64,000 nucleotides of DNA from Octopus sinensis (lineage: Eukaryota). The notes beneath the pieces are model-generated. The model saw nothing but the letters and a program-made list of their open reading frames with translations, made no database searches and was not told the origin of the DNA. The position numbers were made by a program, and so were the translations under genes. Below, piece after piece: positions 1-12,429 of the stretch; the first letter of the stretch is position 1, and each line of letters starts with the position of its first letter. The stretch covers positions 105,586,001 to 105,650,000 of the forward strand of contig NC_043002.1 of the NCBI RefSeq assembly GCF_006345805.1. Direction: 5' to 3'.

Positions 1-395
1 GGTGCACCTAAAGAGGTTCCAACTGGGGCGGTTATTTTAGAGGGAAGGAATATAGACCTACGTGTTGCAGTGTCCACAGATTCATATGCAAAATGCTGAC
101 GCCATTGCAAGCAACTGATTTCGTTATCATGAAGAGCTAATATTGAAGTCAGAACCCTTGTGTCTCTCTGATTTTGACTTTACTAATAAACTTCCTCTCA
201 CGGTTCGTCCACAATTGGGTTCGCAAAACGTAACTTGAGAACGTTTTAGTCAGGGTCTGTCAGTCTCTCAATCCAAACACTGAACGTATGACCATTAAGG
301 AAGCTAAAAATCAACGAATTTGTTCCAGTAACGGCACAGAATATATGCAGCTCCCTGGCAACAACACCTGACCTTCATTCTATATCTGTATATTT

Positions 396-576
396 GTCAC
401 TGTTCAGTTTTATTTCAAGTTTTTTGCCAAGAGAAAGAGCCGGTTTCTAACCTAGAATCATGGCTCCTTCATCGGAATTTCAACATCAACAACTGGGTAG
501 TTTTATTTCTATGTATGTATGTATGTACGTATGTATGTATTTATTATGTATGTATGTATGTTGGTATGTATGTATG

Positions 577-607
<31 letters not shown>

Positions 608-717
608 GTATGTATGTATGTATGTATGTATGTATGTAGTATGTCAGTCTTCAGTTTTATTTCAAGATTACTTGTCAATAGAGAGAGTGGCTTTCTAACC
701 TCGATCCAAGGCTCGTC
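396..717 (-). mobile_element. Two diverged 3' ends of a SINE/LINE-like repeat (about 396-494 and 648-717) separated by (TATG)n
   Basis: Both copies share ttcagttttatttcaag...tttctaacct. On the minus strand the second copy runs into (CATA)n, as a retroposon tail would. Confidence 0.5.
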
Positions 718-770
718 TGTGCATAGTATGTATGTATGTATGTATGTATGTATGTACGTACGTATGCATG
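510..770. repeat. (TATG)n microsatellite tracts
   Basis: Direct reading of the sequence. Confidence 0.95.
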
Positions 771-1093
771 TACGTTAAATTTTGAAATCTGGTGCAATAG
801 AAGAAAACGACCGCTCAACTCTGCGGACGTTATGGGCCTGATCTCAAGTACATGAAATTAAGAGGAGAGAATGGAAACGAGAGATTCTTCTTAGCGTGGA
901 ATCGTGAAATGCATCAAGGTCGCGGCTTTTTGAAGAAGCTATATGAGTGTGCATGTGTCCATGTGTGAGTATGTGCTTGAGTGTGTGTGCGCGCATGCTT
1001 TTGTTTACATATATATATATATATGTATATATATATGCATTCTGACACACACACACTCACACACACACACACACACACTCACACATACCACAC

Positions 1094-1150
<57 letters not shown>

Positions 1151-1299
1151 TCAGAGAGTGAGAGGTGGGGATAAAGATGAAGTGAGACAGAGAGGGTGGG
1201 AGAGAGAGAGAGAGAGTAGATGAAAGGACAGAGAGATTTAGAAATGTTGCCATCGTTATAAATATCCTTACTGTTTTAAGAAGCCTGTTGCTGCATGTC

Positions 1300-1993
1300 A
1301 TTATTGTTGAAGACCTATTGTTGTTGTTATAATCGTTGATGTCTCCGTATTATTGTTGATGTCTCTATATTATTGTTGATGATGAAGTATCCGTATTGTT
1401 TGTGTTATTGTTGCAGTTCCAATATTATTGCTTTCATTGATAATGTCAGTCTGCAATCTCATAGTCTCTCTTCAAGCTATACGATTTAGTTTATTTTGTT
1501 TTGGGTCTTTATTGTATTCTTATCGTTGTTGTTATTGTTAACATCTCTACAATGTTGTTGCCGTTGTTTTTATTTTCTTATTTGCTGTCGTTGTATTCCT
1601 ATTCTATCGTTATTCTTGTTAGTGATATTGGCGTCAGAATATTGTCTTGTTGTTGTTGTTGTTGTTGTAGTTATGTCTGAGTTGTTTTGTTCATTATTTG
1701 CTAATGTTACAGTTGTTTCTCTATTACGATTTTGTTGATATTCTTGTTGTCATAGCTGCTGCTACTGCTGCATCCGTTGTTGTTGTTGTTATTGTCTTTG
1801 TATTGCTCTGTTGCTATTACTCTTATTGCTATCTCTACATTCTGCTGTCCTTGTTGCTATTCTAGCGATTGTTCACGTTGTTGTTGCTGTCTACGTATTG
1901 TGCTGTTTATGATGATGTTGTTGATACAGTTGTCTGTCCAGCTCTTTTCTTTCACGTTTTTGCTCTGCAACCGTTTTCTAGATAATGACAATT

Positions 1994-2037
<44 letters not shown>

Positions 2038-2260
2038 GTGTAATTTTACCATTGTTACTTCCTTTATACTAATAACAACAGCAGAACAACAACAACATCA
2101 ACAACAGCAACAACGACAACAACAAAATTAATAGCATTAATAATACAAACGATAATAATAGCTATGATAATAATGTTGATGATGACGCCGACAACAACAA
2201 CAGCACTAAATATTTGGTTCTTTTTTCGTAATAATGAAAGTAATGTTAGGAAGATGTTGT
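1300..2260. repeat. Cryptic (TTG)n/(CAA)n low-complexity region
   Basis: Degenerate TTG triplets with a pure tract at about 1995-2036, switching to CAA-rich sequence after about 2070. Confidence 0.85.
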
Positions 2261-2297
2261 AATTGTTCTTGTTGTTAATGCTATTATTGTTGTTATT

Positions 2298-2313
2298 GAT
2301 GATGATGATGATG

Positions 2314-2344
<31 letters not shown>

Positions 2345-2554
2345 ACATCATGAGTACGCCGAGGACGATAATGAAGACGACGACGACGATGACGACGACG
2401 GAGAAGAAGGAGAAGAAGAAGAAGAAGAAGAAGAAGAAGAAGAAGAAGAAGAAGAAAAGAAAAGAAGAAGAATAAAGAAGAAGAAGAAGAAGAAGAAGAG
2501 AAGAAGAAAAGAATAAAGAAGAAGAAGAAAAGAAGAAGAAGAGAAGAAGAAGAA

Positions 2555-2595
<41 letters not shown>

Positions 2596-2713
2596 AGAAG
2601 AAGAAAAGAATAAGAAGAAGAAGAAGAATAAAGAAAGAAGAAGAAGAAGAAGAAGAAGAAGAAGAAGAAGAAGAAGAAGAAGAAGAAGAAGAAGAAGAAG
2701 AAGAAGAAGAAGA
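2298..2713. repeat. Compound triplet microsatellite (GAT)n(CAT)n...(GAC)n(GAA)n
   Basis: Direct reading; about 310 bp of GAA-rich polypurine sequence. Confidence 0.95.
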
Positions 2714-3223
2714 CTGCGTTCCTGCCATACAAGCTATATTTGGCCAAAACAAAAGTTAAAACGTGTTTTTGAAATCTCTTGACGAACGACATGTATATAA
2801 ACACCTATAAACATAAACGGTATATACGTGCGTCCTTTTGTACCAACATTCATATATACAGATATATAAATATATACATTCACACACATACATATATATA
2901 TTTTCATAAGTGTGTGTATATATATATACACACACACATATATATATATTTATATATATATATATATACATAGACTTATATACATACATATGTGTATGTG
3001 TACTTATTCGCCCTGACACGGTTATTTTTTAATCTTAAATCTGTGCTGTTAGCACCATTAACGTTTGATCACGTGATTAGTCAAAACGTGGACAGCTAAG
3101 TGCATTTCACCTGGAAAATTCGTGTGTATAAGTGTGTGTGTTTGCATTTGTGGCCTCAACTTGTCATACTATCACTTCTCATACACATTTATGAGTATGT
3201 ATCACGCTCTTTTACTCTTTTAC

Positions 3224-3256
<33 letters not shown>

Positions 3257-3509
3257 CATGTATGTGTGTGCATATATATATGTATATATATATATATATA
3301 TAATATATATAATATATAGTATAGTATAGTATAGTATGTATAGTATAGTATAGTAAGTAGTAGTTACAGTTAACAACGATGCACCAATATTTACTGGAAA
3401 TAGCAGTCGATAATATACGACGCTAAAGTAAAGCATCATTGTGTGTATATAATGACAGAAAGCAACTTTATCAAGGGGAACATTTGTACATAGAAAGTAG
3501 ATTATTTTC

Positions 3510-3965
3510 TTTCTAACTTTAATTCAATGTAGCCACCTTCAACATCAATAACTGCTTCTATGCTAGATCAAAATCGTGTACATGCCCCAGTTAATCGGTT
3601 CTCGGTTACTAGTCTGTCTATGGTAGCTTTCGAATAATCCATGATGCTATGGGGATATTGATTGAGTTCTTTCTCAAAAACTCTCCACACATAGTACTCC
3701 AATAGATTGAGATCTGGGGTTTTGTGATCATGAAAAATTGTCAGCCGTCAATTCTTAGGTTGCCTGAGCCTTATGGGATGGCACAGAGTCCTGCTGAAAG
3801 ATGTATGACCTTTTATTGTATGCTTTATTTATCTAGAGCCTGACAACCGTTTCCAGAACTCCAAGGTAATCAGCAGAGTTAACTCTAAGTGAAAAGAAGT
3901 GAGGAGGCATCACATGTTCTTCATTACTGACAACTCCAAAAACCATAACAGTTGTAGGAAATCTT
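3510..3965 (-). mobile_element. Tc1/mariner transposase remnant (C-terminal catalytic region, maT/DD37D-like), degraded
   Basis: Minus-strand translation gives TVMVFGVVSNEEHVMPPHFF, FQQDSVPSHKAQAT, a PDLN-L-YYVW-like segment and SSIEAVIDVEGGYIE, matching Tc1/mariner motifs. Contains stops and frameshifts. Confidence 0.8.
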
Positions 3966-4962
3966 GTGTGCACGACTGATGGAACTTCAGACGGGTTTGA
4001 GCATCACCATTTGATTTGCCTTCTCTCCTTTCCCACACCCATGTCCCAATTACATCCCTTTTCCCCTCTCTACCACCCCTCCATCATACCCCTTAGTCGG
4101 AAAATCCTACTGGCGTTCCCTCGTCTCCAATCCAATCCTACCACCCTCCCTGTATCCCCAACCCGACCCTACCCTCCTTCAAACTCACCTGTAACCTACG
4201 CGATTTACTGGTCCGTAGTTCGCTCAATTCTTGATCCTTCCCTAGCTCCAGTTCCGTTGTCACACCTGTCCACTCATCATCAATATCATCAAGACCCAGC
4301 TGACACACTATCCACATCCGGGACCTTCTCTTGCATCTCTTCCAACATTATCTATTGCATCCAATACAACTTCTGCAACTCTTTATATGTCGGTCAGTCG
4401 GGCCGTCGGCTAACCGATCGGTTAACTGAATACCTACGGGATATCTGCCTGCATAAAATTACCCTCGTCGCCCGTCATTTTCGTTCTACCAACCACTCCA
4501 CCGAACACCTCACTGTCTTCGGCTTGGCTTTACACCATGGATCCACCACCACGAGACTTCGCCTTGAACAGCGCTACATCTCTCTTCGGACCCATACATC
4601 GTTTGAACTATAAAAAACCTTCTTCCTGTAACACTTCACACGTTCGGTTCCTTTTTCTTAAAATTAATTTTAATTTCTTAACTTTTTGAAAAATTTTTAA
4701 TTTAAAGTTTATTTCGATTTTAATTTCTTAATTCTTTAATTACTTTTATTTTTAAATTATCTTCCACACCCCTCGTCGGCGATTTTTTTCCTCTGTCTTC
4801 ACTTCTCAGGATCTTTCCTTTTCCTATGTTTCCGACGAAGAGCTCCGCTCGAAACTTTAGACCCTCCTTCTTCCCTTCTTTCCTGAGCGTCCAATAATAC
4901 TCTATTTGTTCCACGTCCTCGCGTTGTTGTGTTTTTTTTGTGTTTTCTTGTTTGGATTAACT
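3966..4962 (+). mobile_element. Penelope-like retroelement 3' fragment: GIY-YIG endonuclease ORF plus terminal (pLTR) region with hammerhead motif
   Basis: ORF 3966-4613 ends in CISSNIIYCIQYNFCNSLYVGQSGRRLTDRLTEY...VARHF...HSTEHL...RLRLEQ, the PLE GIY-YIG pattern with its Cys/His motif. An HHR core follows at 4832-4855 and the element ends at ggattaact against (AT)n. Confidence 0.88.
4832..4855 (+). ncRNA. Degraded minimal type I hammerhead motif
   Basis: cCGACGA-a-GAGC-tcc-GCTC-GAAAC; the conserved U4 is C and stem III is altered. Confidence 0.65.
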
Positions 4963-5399
4963 ATATATATATATATAACTTACGCCTACAAACATACTAC
5001 ATACCTACCGCGCACACATACACACACATTTTTCCATCTCCCGCATGTACAAGAAACCCTTCTCTCACTTCAACACACATACACAGGCATACGAAAACAT
5101 GCATACACACACACACAAACGTATACACGCACACACACATACACACATACAAATACATACGTACACACAGGAATGCCAATACTCTCGCACACTCCCCACC
5201 TCGTCTCTTACCACCGCTGCTAACCTGATACACAACTCCCTCACACATACATCACTGACATAAACAGAAACACACACACAGATGCTACTAAAACTACACA
5301 TATGCACACACTGGCCATTCTCGCACTCTCCTCCCTTCAAAAACCACTTTCCCTTAATCCCCACCACTCCCGCTCACTTCTGACATGTAACCACACACA

Positions 5400-5580
5400 T
5401 ACTTTTCTCGGACACTTCTTTTCTTTCTCTCCGTATCTTTCCTCGTTCCTCTTTCTGACGAAGAGCAATGATCGAAGCATCACAAATAACCTTCTTTTTC
5501 CCATCTTAAACTGAGCCTCAACCTAACCCATCCATTGTGTATGCCCTGATTTTCGTGGTTTTGTTTTTATTTTTGCTTTG
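5400..5580 (+). mobile_element. Degraded PLE terminal fragment with decayed hammerhead (5455-5477)
   Basis: CTGACGA-agagc-aat-gatc-GAAG, followed by ctgagcctcaacctaac, a downstream motif shared with the other PLE-type HHR copies. Confidence 0.5.
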
Positions 5581-5721
5581 CCTATATATATTCATATCTC
5601 TTCGAATGTTTGCGGATTTGCTTTACTTTTCGCCCTATTCTACAGCATAGAAAATATGCGCATCACTTTTGCTCTCGCTTTTGAATGCAAAGCATATGGA
5701 CCTATAATAAAAATAAATAAA

Positions 5722-5968
5722 TGCACCCTTTTAAAGCCTAGCCAGACTCATGGGTCCGGTTTCCCGGTTTCTATGGCGTAAGTGTTCCCCTCCTGGACGG
5801 GACGCCAGTCCATCGCAACGTTACTCATTTTTGCCAGCTGAGTGGACTGGAGCAACGTGAGATGAAGTGTTTTGCTCAAGAACACAATGCGTCGCCCGGT
5901 CCAGGAATCGAAACCACAATCTTACGATCATGATGCTGACACCCTAACCACTAAGCCACTCGCCTCCA
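5722..5968 (-). mobile_element. tRNA-derived SINE
   Basis: Minus strand begins tggaggcgagtggcttagtggttagg (A box) ... ggtttcgattcc (B box); the body contains cttgagcaaaacact and gcgatggactggcgtcccgtccag. Confidence 0.85.
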
Positions 5969-6764
5969 TATATTGACTTATACTCTCTCCAAATTCTATG
6001 AAAATGATTTCACTCCATGTAGCTTTAAGGGCCGCTGCTAATGGCCACGTTGATGGAACAAAAGAAACTCTCGTAGCTATTTTAAGGTACAGGTACACTA
6101 CCACATCTTTCATAATTGTGTAATAGATTGAGACAGACACCTGTCTTAGAAACAATGTATGCCGTTCCATTTGACTTCTCCGTAGAATGAATCATCTCTG
6201 GGGTTGTATTGTCTGCATGCATACTTCCAAAAAATGGTGTTTGACCTTTCTTTAAAACACTTTTATTTGCAAGAGTCGTTGAATACATGCAAATGTTATT
6301 GTTGTTGGTTTTGCTTTATGTTGTAAAACGTGTTGTCTTTAATGTTAAGTTTTTCTCAAATGTCATTACTTTTCAATTCACTTTCTACAATCAATCTCTG
6401 TTTGTCTGGTCATTAATATTTGCTTTGGCCGTTTTTTGTTTTTCGTTTTTTGTTTTTCGTGTTTGTTGTTGTTGTTGTTATTGTTGTTGTTAGGAGATTG
6501 TTTTCTGTCTGACAGCATTGTAATTGTAGGCGGCGCCTGTGTATCGGATACTATGTTTGATCAGAAAGTTATACTGAGTGAGAAAGATTGAATGATTAAA
6601 ACAAAAAGAAAACTTTTATGGCTTCCAATCGGTGCGTTTTCGATTTCCAAAATGGCTCAATACAAAAATCATAAATGAAATTAAAGCGCAATTGATATCT
6701 CGTGGAACAGAATCTAGAATATTGCGGATGGATTTTAAAGCGCGGACCAATGGGTCAGCACAGG

Positions 6765-6809
<45 letters not shown>

Positions 6810-6847
6810 TAATAATAATAATGATAATAATAATGATGATGATGATA

Positions 6848-6882
<35 letters not shown>

Positions 6883-6889
6883 AATAATG

Positions 6890-6932
<43 letters not shown>

Positions 6933-7000
6933 TGATAATAATAATAATAATAATAATAATGATAATAATAATAATGATAATAATAATAATAATAATAATA
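6765..7000. repeat. (TAA)n microsatellite with TGA variants
   Basis: Direct reading. Confidence 0.95.
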
Positions 7001-7486
7001 TAAAAGATGGGCTACAGCATATAAAAGATGGGCTACAGCAAATATTCTGCTCAATACCACAGGTTTGCTTGTCAGTTGTTTGACCTTAACCAGTGAGCAT
7101 GTCCCTTAGTGGCTGACGATATGTGCATCTCTGATCACGAGCAGAAGTAGTGGGGGAGCATCATGGCCATGTGTTGAGAGGGATTCTTTGGAGTTTGAAT
7201 GGTTCACCTCTGGAAACATAGGTGTTTCGTTCAACATCCTAAAGCAACCCTTATTCAGGGACCGTTTGAGCAGGATGGGCTACTCAACCTGAAGAAAATT
7301 CTAACTGGGCCCCACCTGCAAGGTCATGTGTTGTTTATCTTGATATGAGATCACCATGTCGCGCACATATGGTTGTGATGCATGTGCCTGGTGTACCTTT
7401 ATCAGACGGGTAGTCATGATGGGTATATTGGGCTTCGTATATTTTACCCCAGTGTCACTTTGATGGCATGAACTGCTCTCTCACTC
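7000..7486 (+). mobile_element. Unclassified ~465-bp interspersed repeat embedded in (TAA)n, copy 1 (21-bp duplication at left end)
   Basis: Nearly identical to 36353-36818 and flanked by (TAA)n on both sides. No tRNA head or TIR seen. Orientation is inferred from the (AAT)n run at the right end. Confidence 0.8.
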
Positions 7487-7521
<35 letters not shown>

Positions 7522-7653
7522 TAATAATAATAATAATAATGATAATAATAATAATGATAATAATAATAATAATGATAATGATAATACTAATAATGATAAT
7601 AATAATAATAATGATAATAATAATAATAATGGTAGTAATAATAATAATAATAA

Positions 7654-9854
7654 CAATCAGCATATTCCCTAATGAACAGAAAGGATGTAAACGTGGATCC
7701 TACGGCTGTAAAGACCAACTACTCATCAATAAGATGATCTTAGAAGATTGTCACAAACGACACAAAAATTATCAATAGCCTGGATAGACTATAAAAGGCT
7801 TTTGATAGCCTACCACATAGCTGGATTAGGAAATGCCTTGAAATGTATAAGATAGCACCACTCTGCGAAACTTCTTGACTGTAAGTATGAGATCATGGAG
7901 AACCACACTAACTCTGAACAGTGACAGTGAATCCCTAAATGCTGGTGATGTAAAAATTTCGTGTGGCATTTTCCAGGTTGACTCACTGTCACCACTCCTC
8001 TTTTGTTTATCCTTAATACCTCTCTCAAAGCTGCTCAATGACGCGCAGTACGGGTATAAAGTTGATAAAAATATAAATCATCTCGTTTACATGGATGATT
8101 TAAAGCTTTTTGCAAAAATGATCAACAACTCAAGGGCTTACTAGCGATAGTCAAACAATTCAGTGACGACATCAGAATGCAATTCGGCCTCGATAAATGT
8201 GCAAAGGCTACCTTTATCAAAGGAAAAATGACAGAAACATCTAACGTTAACCTTGACCAACAGAATGTCATAAAAGAACTAGACCCAGCGGAGAGCTACA
8301 AGTACCTAGGGGTAATTGAAGGAACGGAATAAGGCATTCAGAGATGAAGGAAAGGATCAGGAGAGAATGCTATCGAAGAGTGAGAGCAATACTCAAGACA
8401 GAGCTGAATGCAAGAAACAGGATCGAAGCAATCAATGCATTAGCTATACCAGTCGTGACTTACAGTTTCAATATTGTTAACTGGTCAATTACTGAAATAT
8501 GTCAGCTCGACAGAAAAATAAGGAAACTGTTGACAATGCATAGAATGCACCACCCTAAGGCAGATACAGAACGACTCTATCTGCCAAGAAAAGAGGGAGG
8601 CCGTGGTCTTTTGCAACTGGCAATAACAATGAAGATTGCTACAATTGGCCTAGACACCTACCTGAAAAACTCTGAGGACTGGATGTTAAAACTTGTCTCA
8701 AAACATGAAAACAAGAAAGCATCATACTCAGTCACAAAACAGGCAAAGGAATATCTAAGTGAATTCCGAATACAACCAATTTCGGAATTAGAGATAGACA
8801 TACAAGAAACAAGCACAGAAAAGCTAGGCGCATGAAAACCCGTGCCAAAACTGCGGCCTTAGATATTCTGAATAATAAATGGCAAGAAAAACCTCTCTAT
8901 GGCAAATACCCAAAGAGAGCGAATAATGCAGATATCGACAAAGCCCTGACCCATCAATGGCTAATGGCCTCTGGCTTAAAATCTGAAACAGGGGGTTTAT
9001 CATAGCAGCTCAAGATCAATGCCTACCAACAAGAAACTACCAGGCCAACATATTAAAGATCAGAAGCAGTCCAACGTGTCGTGTATGCAAGCACAAAATG
9101 AAACCATTGACCATGTGGTCTCCAAGTGCAGTCTTCTAGCGCCTACAGAGTATCTCAACAGGCACGATAGAGCTGCACAATATATTCACTGGGTAATCTG
9201 TAAAAAACTGGATTTGCCCCATGAAAAAAACTGGTGGGAACACAAACCACCCCCAGTGCTTGAAAATGACCACATCTCACTCCTCTGGAACTTCACCATT
9301 CAACTGACAGGAAGATAGATGCAAATAGGCCAGACATCATATTGAAAGACTTCAAACAAAGAACATGCCTCCTCATTGATATGACTGTCCCAATCGATAT
9401 AAACGTATCTGTCAGGACCTACCAAAAACTGAGCAAATATAAAGATCTTGAAATAGAAATCAGCAAAATGTGGAAGCTGAAGACTAAAACAATACCTGTT
9501 GTCATAGGTGCCCTGGGAATGATAGCAAAGGGGCTGATAGCTACCTAACTCAGATACCAGGAAACCCAAAAATGGCAGAAGTTCAAAAGATAGTGCTCAT
9601 GGGAACTGCTCATATCCTACGCAAAATACTCTCTATGTAACCTCAAAGTTTAAAACAACATAATTTTCGTTTAAAAAAAAAAAAAAAAAAAATTTTTTTT
9701 TTTTTTTTTAGACATTCATTAGTACAAATCCCCACCCCCCAATATATGGCACACTAGGCATAACAACAACATGAACTTCCACCCTGTTGTCTCTTGAGGT
9801 CTCTGGGTGAGACTTGGAGCCAACTTGTACAAATATAAGCAAAAGTCAAACATA

Positions 9855-9855
<1 letters not shown>
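7654..9855 (+). mobile_element. R4/Dong-clade non-LTR retrotransposon, 5'-truncated (RT, CCHC zinc knuckle, restriction-like endonuclease, 3' UTR)
   Basis: Segments translate to [27 protein letters not shown](V)DSLSPLLF, YMDDLKL, YKYLG, CRVC...ETIDHVVSKC and RPDIIL...CLLIDMTVP...KLSKYKDL. Flanked by (TAA)n at both ends. Confidence 0.93.
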
Positions 9856-9888
<33 letters not shown>

Positions 9889-9967
9889 GATAATAATAAT
9901 AAATGATAATTATAATAATAATATAATAATAATGATAATAATAATAATAATAATAATGATGATGATG

Positions 9968-10010
<43 letters not shown>

Positions 10011-10190
10011 AATAATGATAATAATGATAATAATAATAATAATAATATATGATAATGATAATAATAATATAATAATATGATAATAATAATATGATAATAA
10101 TAATAATATGATAATATAATAATAATAATAATAATGGTAGTAATATAATAATAATAATAATAATAATAAAATAATAATGATAATAATTAG

Positions 10191-10221
<31 letters not shown>

Positions 10222-10233
10222 GATAATGTTAAT

Positions 10234-10280
<47 letters not shown>

Positions 10281-10292
10281 TAATAATAATAG

Positions 10293-10323
<31 letters not shown>

Positions 10324-10329
10324 GAAATG

Positions 10330-10361
<32 letters not shown>

Positions 10362-10371
10362 AATAATAATA

Positions 10372-10409
<38 letters not shown>

Positions 10410-10505
10410 TAATAATAAAATAATAATATTAATAATAATAATAATATAATAATAATAATAATGATAATGATAATAATAATAATAATGATAATGATAATAA
10501 TAATA

Positions 10506-10564
<59 letters not shown>

Positions 10565-10655
10565 AATAATAATAATGATAATAATAATAATAATAATAAT
10601 ATTAATAATAATAATAAGATAATAATAATAATATAATAATAATAATAATAATAAA
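9856..10655. repeat. ~800-bp interrupted (TAA)n/(TGA)n tract
   Basis: Direct reading. Confidence 0.95.
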
Positions 10656-11219
10656 AATTGTTATTGTTGTTGTCCTTTCCAGTATTGACACAAGGCCTGA
10701 AATTTTTTGGGAGGAGACCGGGCGATTTCCTTGATCCCAGTGCTAGGAAATTTAGCTTACGACCTAAAACCGGAAAAAATGCTCTTAAGCATTTGGTCCG
10801 GCCTGATAATAATATTGATGATAATTATAGAAGCAGGAGAACCATGCTTAAAAGAATTACAGAAAATACCTAATGAACGCTACGAATAGAATCACCTCGT
10901 TAAATTTCATAATTTTATCACCTTTTTATTGTGCTCTCGTCGGCGCACGTGCTTTCTCTTCTGTTTTTTTTTTGTTTTTATTTTTATTCGAAACTTTATC
11001 TAGTCTTAGCGTTTCTCTGCATCATAAAATCTTCCAGTGTATTAAGAACATCATATTCGTTATTTACCTCAGGTGTCTGGGTGGCACCCAGTAGATAATG
11101 TATAAATACTGGAGATAGCGAAGAAAAGTTTTCGTCATCACCATCATCTTAATAACAACAACAACAACAACAACAAATAATAATAATAATAATAATAATA
11201 TTGACAATAATAATAATGT

Positions 11220-11667
11220 GGTTGTATACTGTCATCATAACGTGACAGTCCCGTAAGGGAATTACACCACCGCTGTTTAGCCCTAGGAAGCATCAACGCT
11301 TCCTTTCGGCTTTGACACATTTCCTGTGTCCTTATATTTGCGAAGGGGAGGCAAACACCCCACCAGCTAGGATTCACACCCGAGGACATGCATGTTTTTG
11401 GGTTTTAACCCGTCATCAGCCCAGGATAGTGAGACCTGCTGGTTGAGATGTCTGTCTACCCTTCGCAAATATATATATTTACAGTGAAACCTATTCACTG
11501 GTCACCGTAATTAGAAATATTAAATTTCGTCGACGCTTCCTAGGGCTAAATAGCGGTGGTGTAATTCCCTTACGGGACTGTCACGTTATGTTGACAGTAT
11601 ACAACCTCTCTATCGCTCCACCACCGCTCATGTCTCTTTGAGACATTTAGAAATTTAATATTTCTAA
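11220..11667 (-). mobile_element. Hammerhead-bearing fold-back element (family copy A), inserted in (TAA)n
   Basis: 79-bp inverted repeats 11220-11298/11528-11606 (4 mismatches), a 14-bp inner inverted repeat 11334-11347/11459-11472, an 18-bp inverted repeat 11511-11528/11650-11667, and a central HHR. Shares motifs with the 30.0 kb and 37.0 kb elements. Confidence 0.8.
11379..11425 (-). ncRNA. Type I hammerhead ribozyme motif with G12 changed to A
   Basis: Minus strand: CCTGGG-CTGATGA-c-GGGT-taaa-ACCC-a-aAAA-CATGCATGTC-CTCGGG. Stem I has 6 bp including two G-U pairs; stem III is the palindrome ACATGCATGT; GUC cleavage triplet. Confidence 0.75.
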
Positions 11668-11689
11668 AATAATAATAATAATAGACCAA

Positions 11690-11990
11690 AACAATAAAGT
11701 CTGTTTATTCATTGACATAAGCATACCCTGTGACAAAATAATTTGATAAGCTCAGAAAATATAAAGATCTGCAAACCGAAATCAAAAAGATGTGGCATCT
11801 CAAGACGGTTATAATACCAGTGATTGTAGGAGTACTTGGAATGATCAAAATAGGAATTGTAAAACTTATTTAAGAATGATCCCTGGCTTACCGTCCATGC
11901 AGGGAGTGCAAATGATTGTCTTAACTGGTAGGTCACACGTATTGAGAGGAGCATTGTCGCTAGGAATTTTCATTTCTTTTCCCCCTTTAT
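11690..11990 (+). mobile_element. R4/Dong-clade LINE 3' fragment (endonuclease C-terminus)
   Basis: KYKDLQTEIKKMWHLKTVIIPVIVGVLGMIK and RMIPGLPSMQGVQMIVLTGRSHVLRGALS; begins right after (TAA)n. Confidence 0.8.
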
Positions 11991-12174
11991 TCTCTTTGTT
12001 TACTTTTTTATTTTCCTTTTTCTCTCTGTCTTCCCCTTTTTCTCTATCACGTGAGTTTGCATATGAACAATATGGTGTGTTTATTTTAATGGCCTACCAA
12101 TGTATACAATGTGTTTTTCTACTCTAGGTGTCAGAAAGACACTCGGCAAGAAATGTAAACAGAACTGAAAGAAG

Positions 12175-12195
12175 ATAATAATAATAATAATAATA

Positions 12196-12246
<51 letters not shown>

Positions 12247-12274
12247 TAATAATAATATAATAATAATAATAATA

Positions 12275-12305
<31 letters not shown>

Positions 12306-12328
12306 CGACGACGACGACGACGACGACG

Positions 12329-12398
<70 letters not shown>
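12175..12398. repeat. Compound (TAA)n(GAT)n(GAC)n(TAA)n
   Basis: Direct reading. Confidence 0.95.
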
Positions 12399-12400
<2 letters not shown>

Positions 12401-12429
12401 TGTTGCCGATTAGTTAACTGCACCAAGTC

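Noticed and set aside
3060-3090. Imperfect palindrome around ATCACGTGAT (E-box)
   Set aside because: A single short motif with no supporting context.
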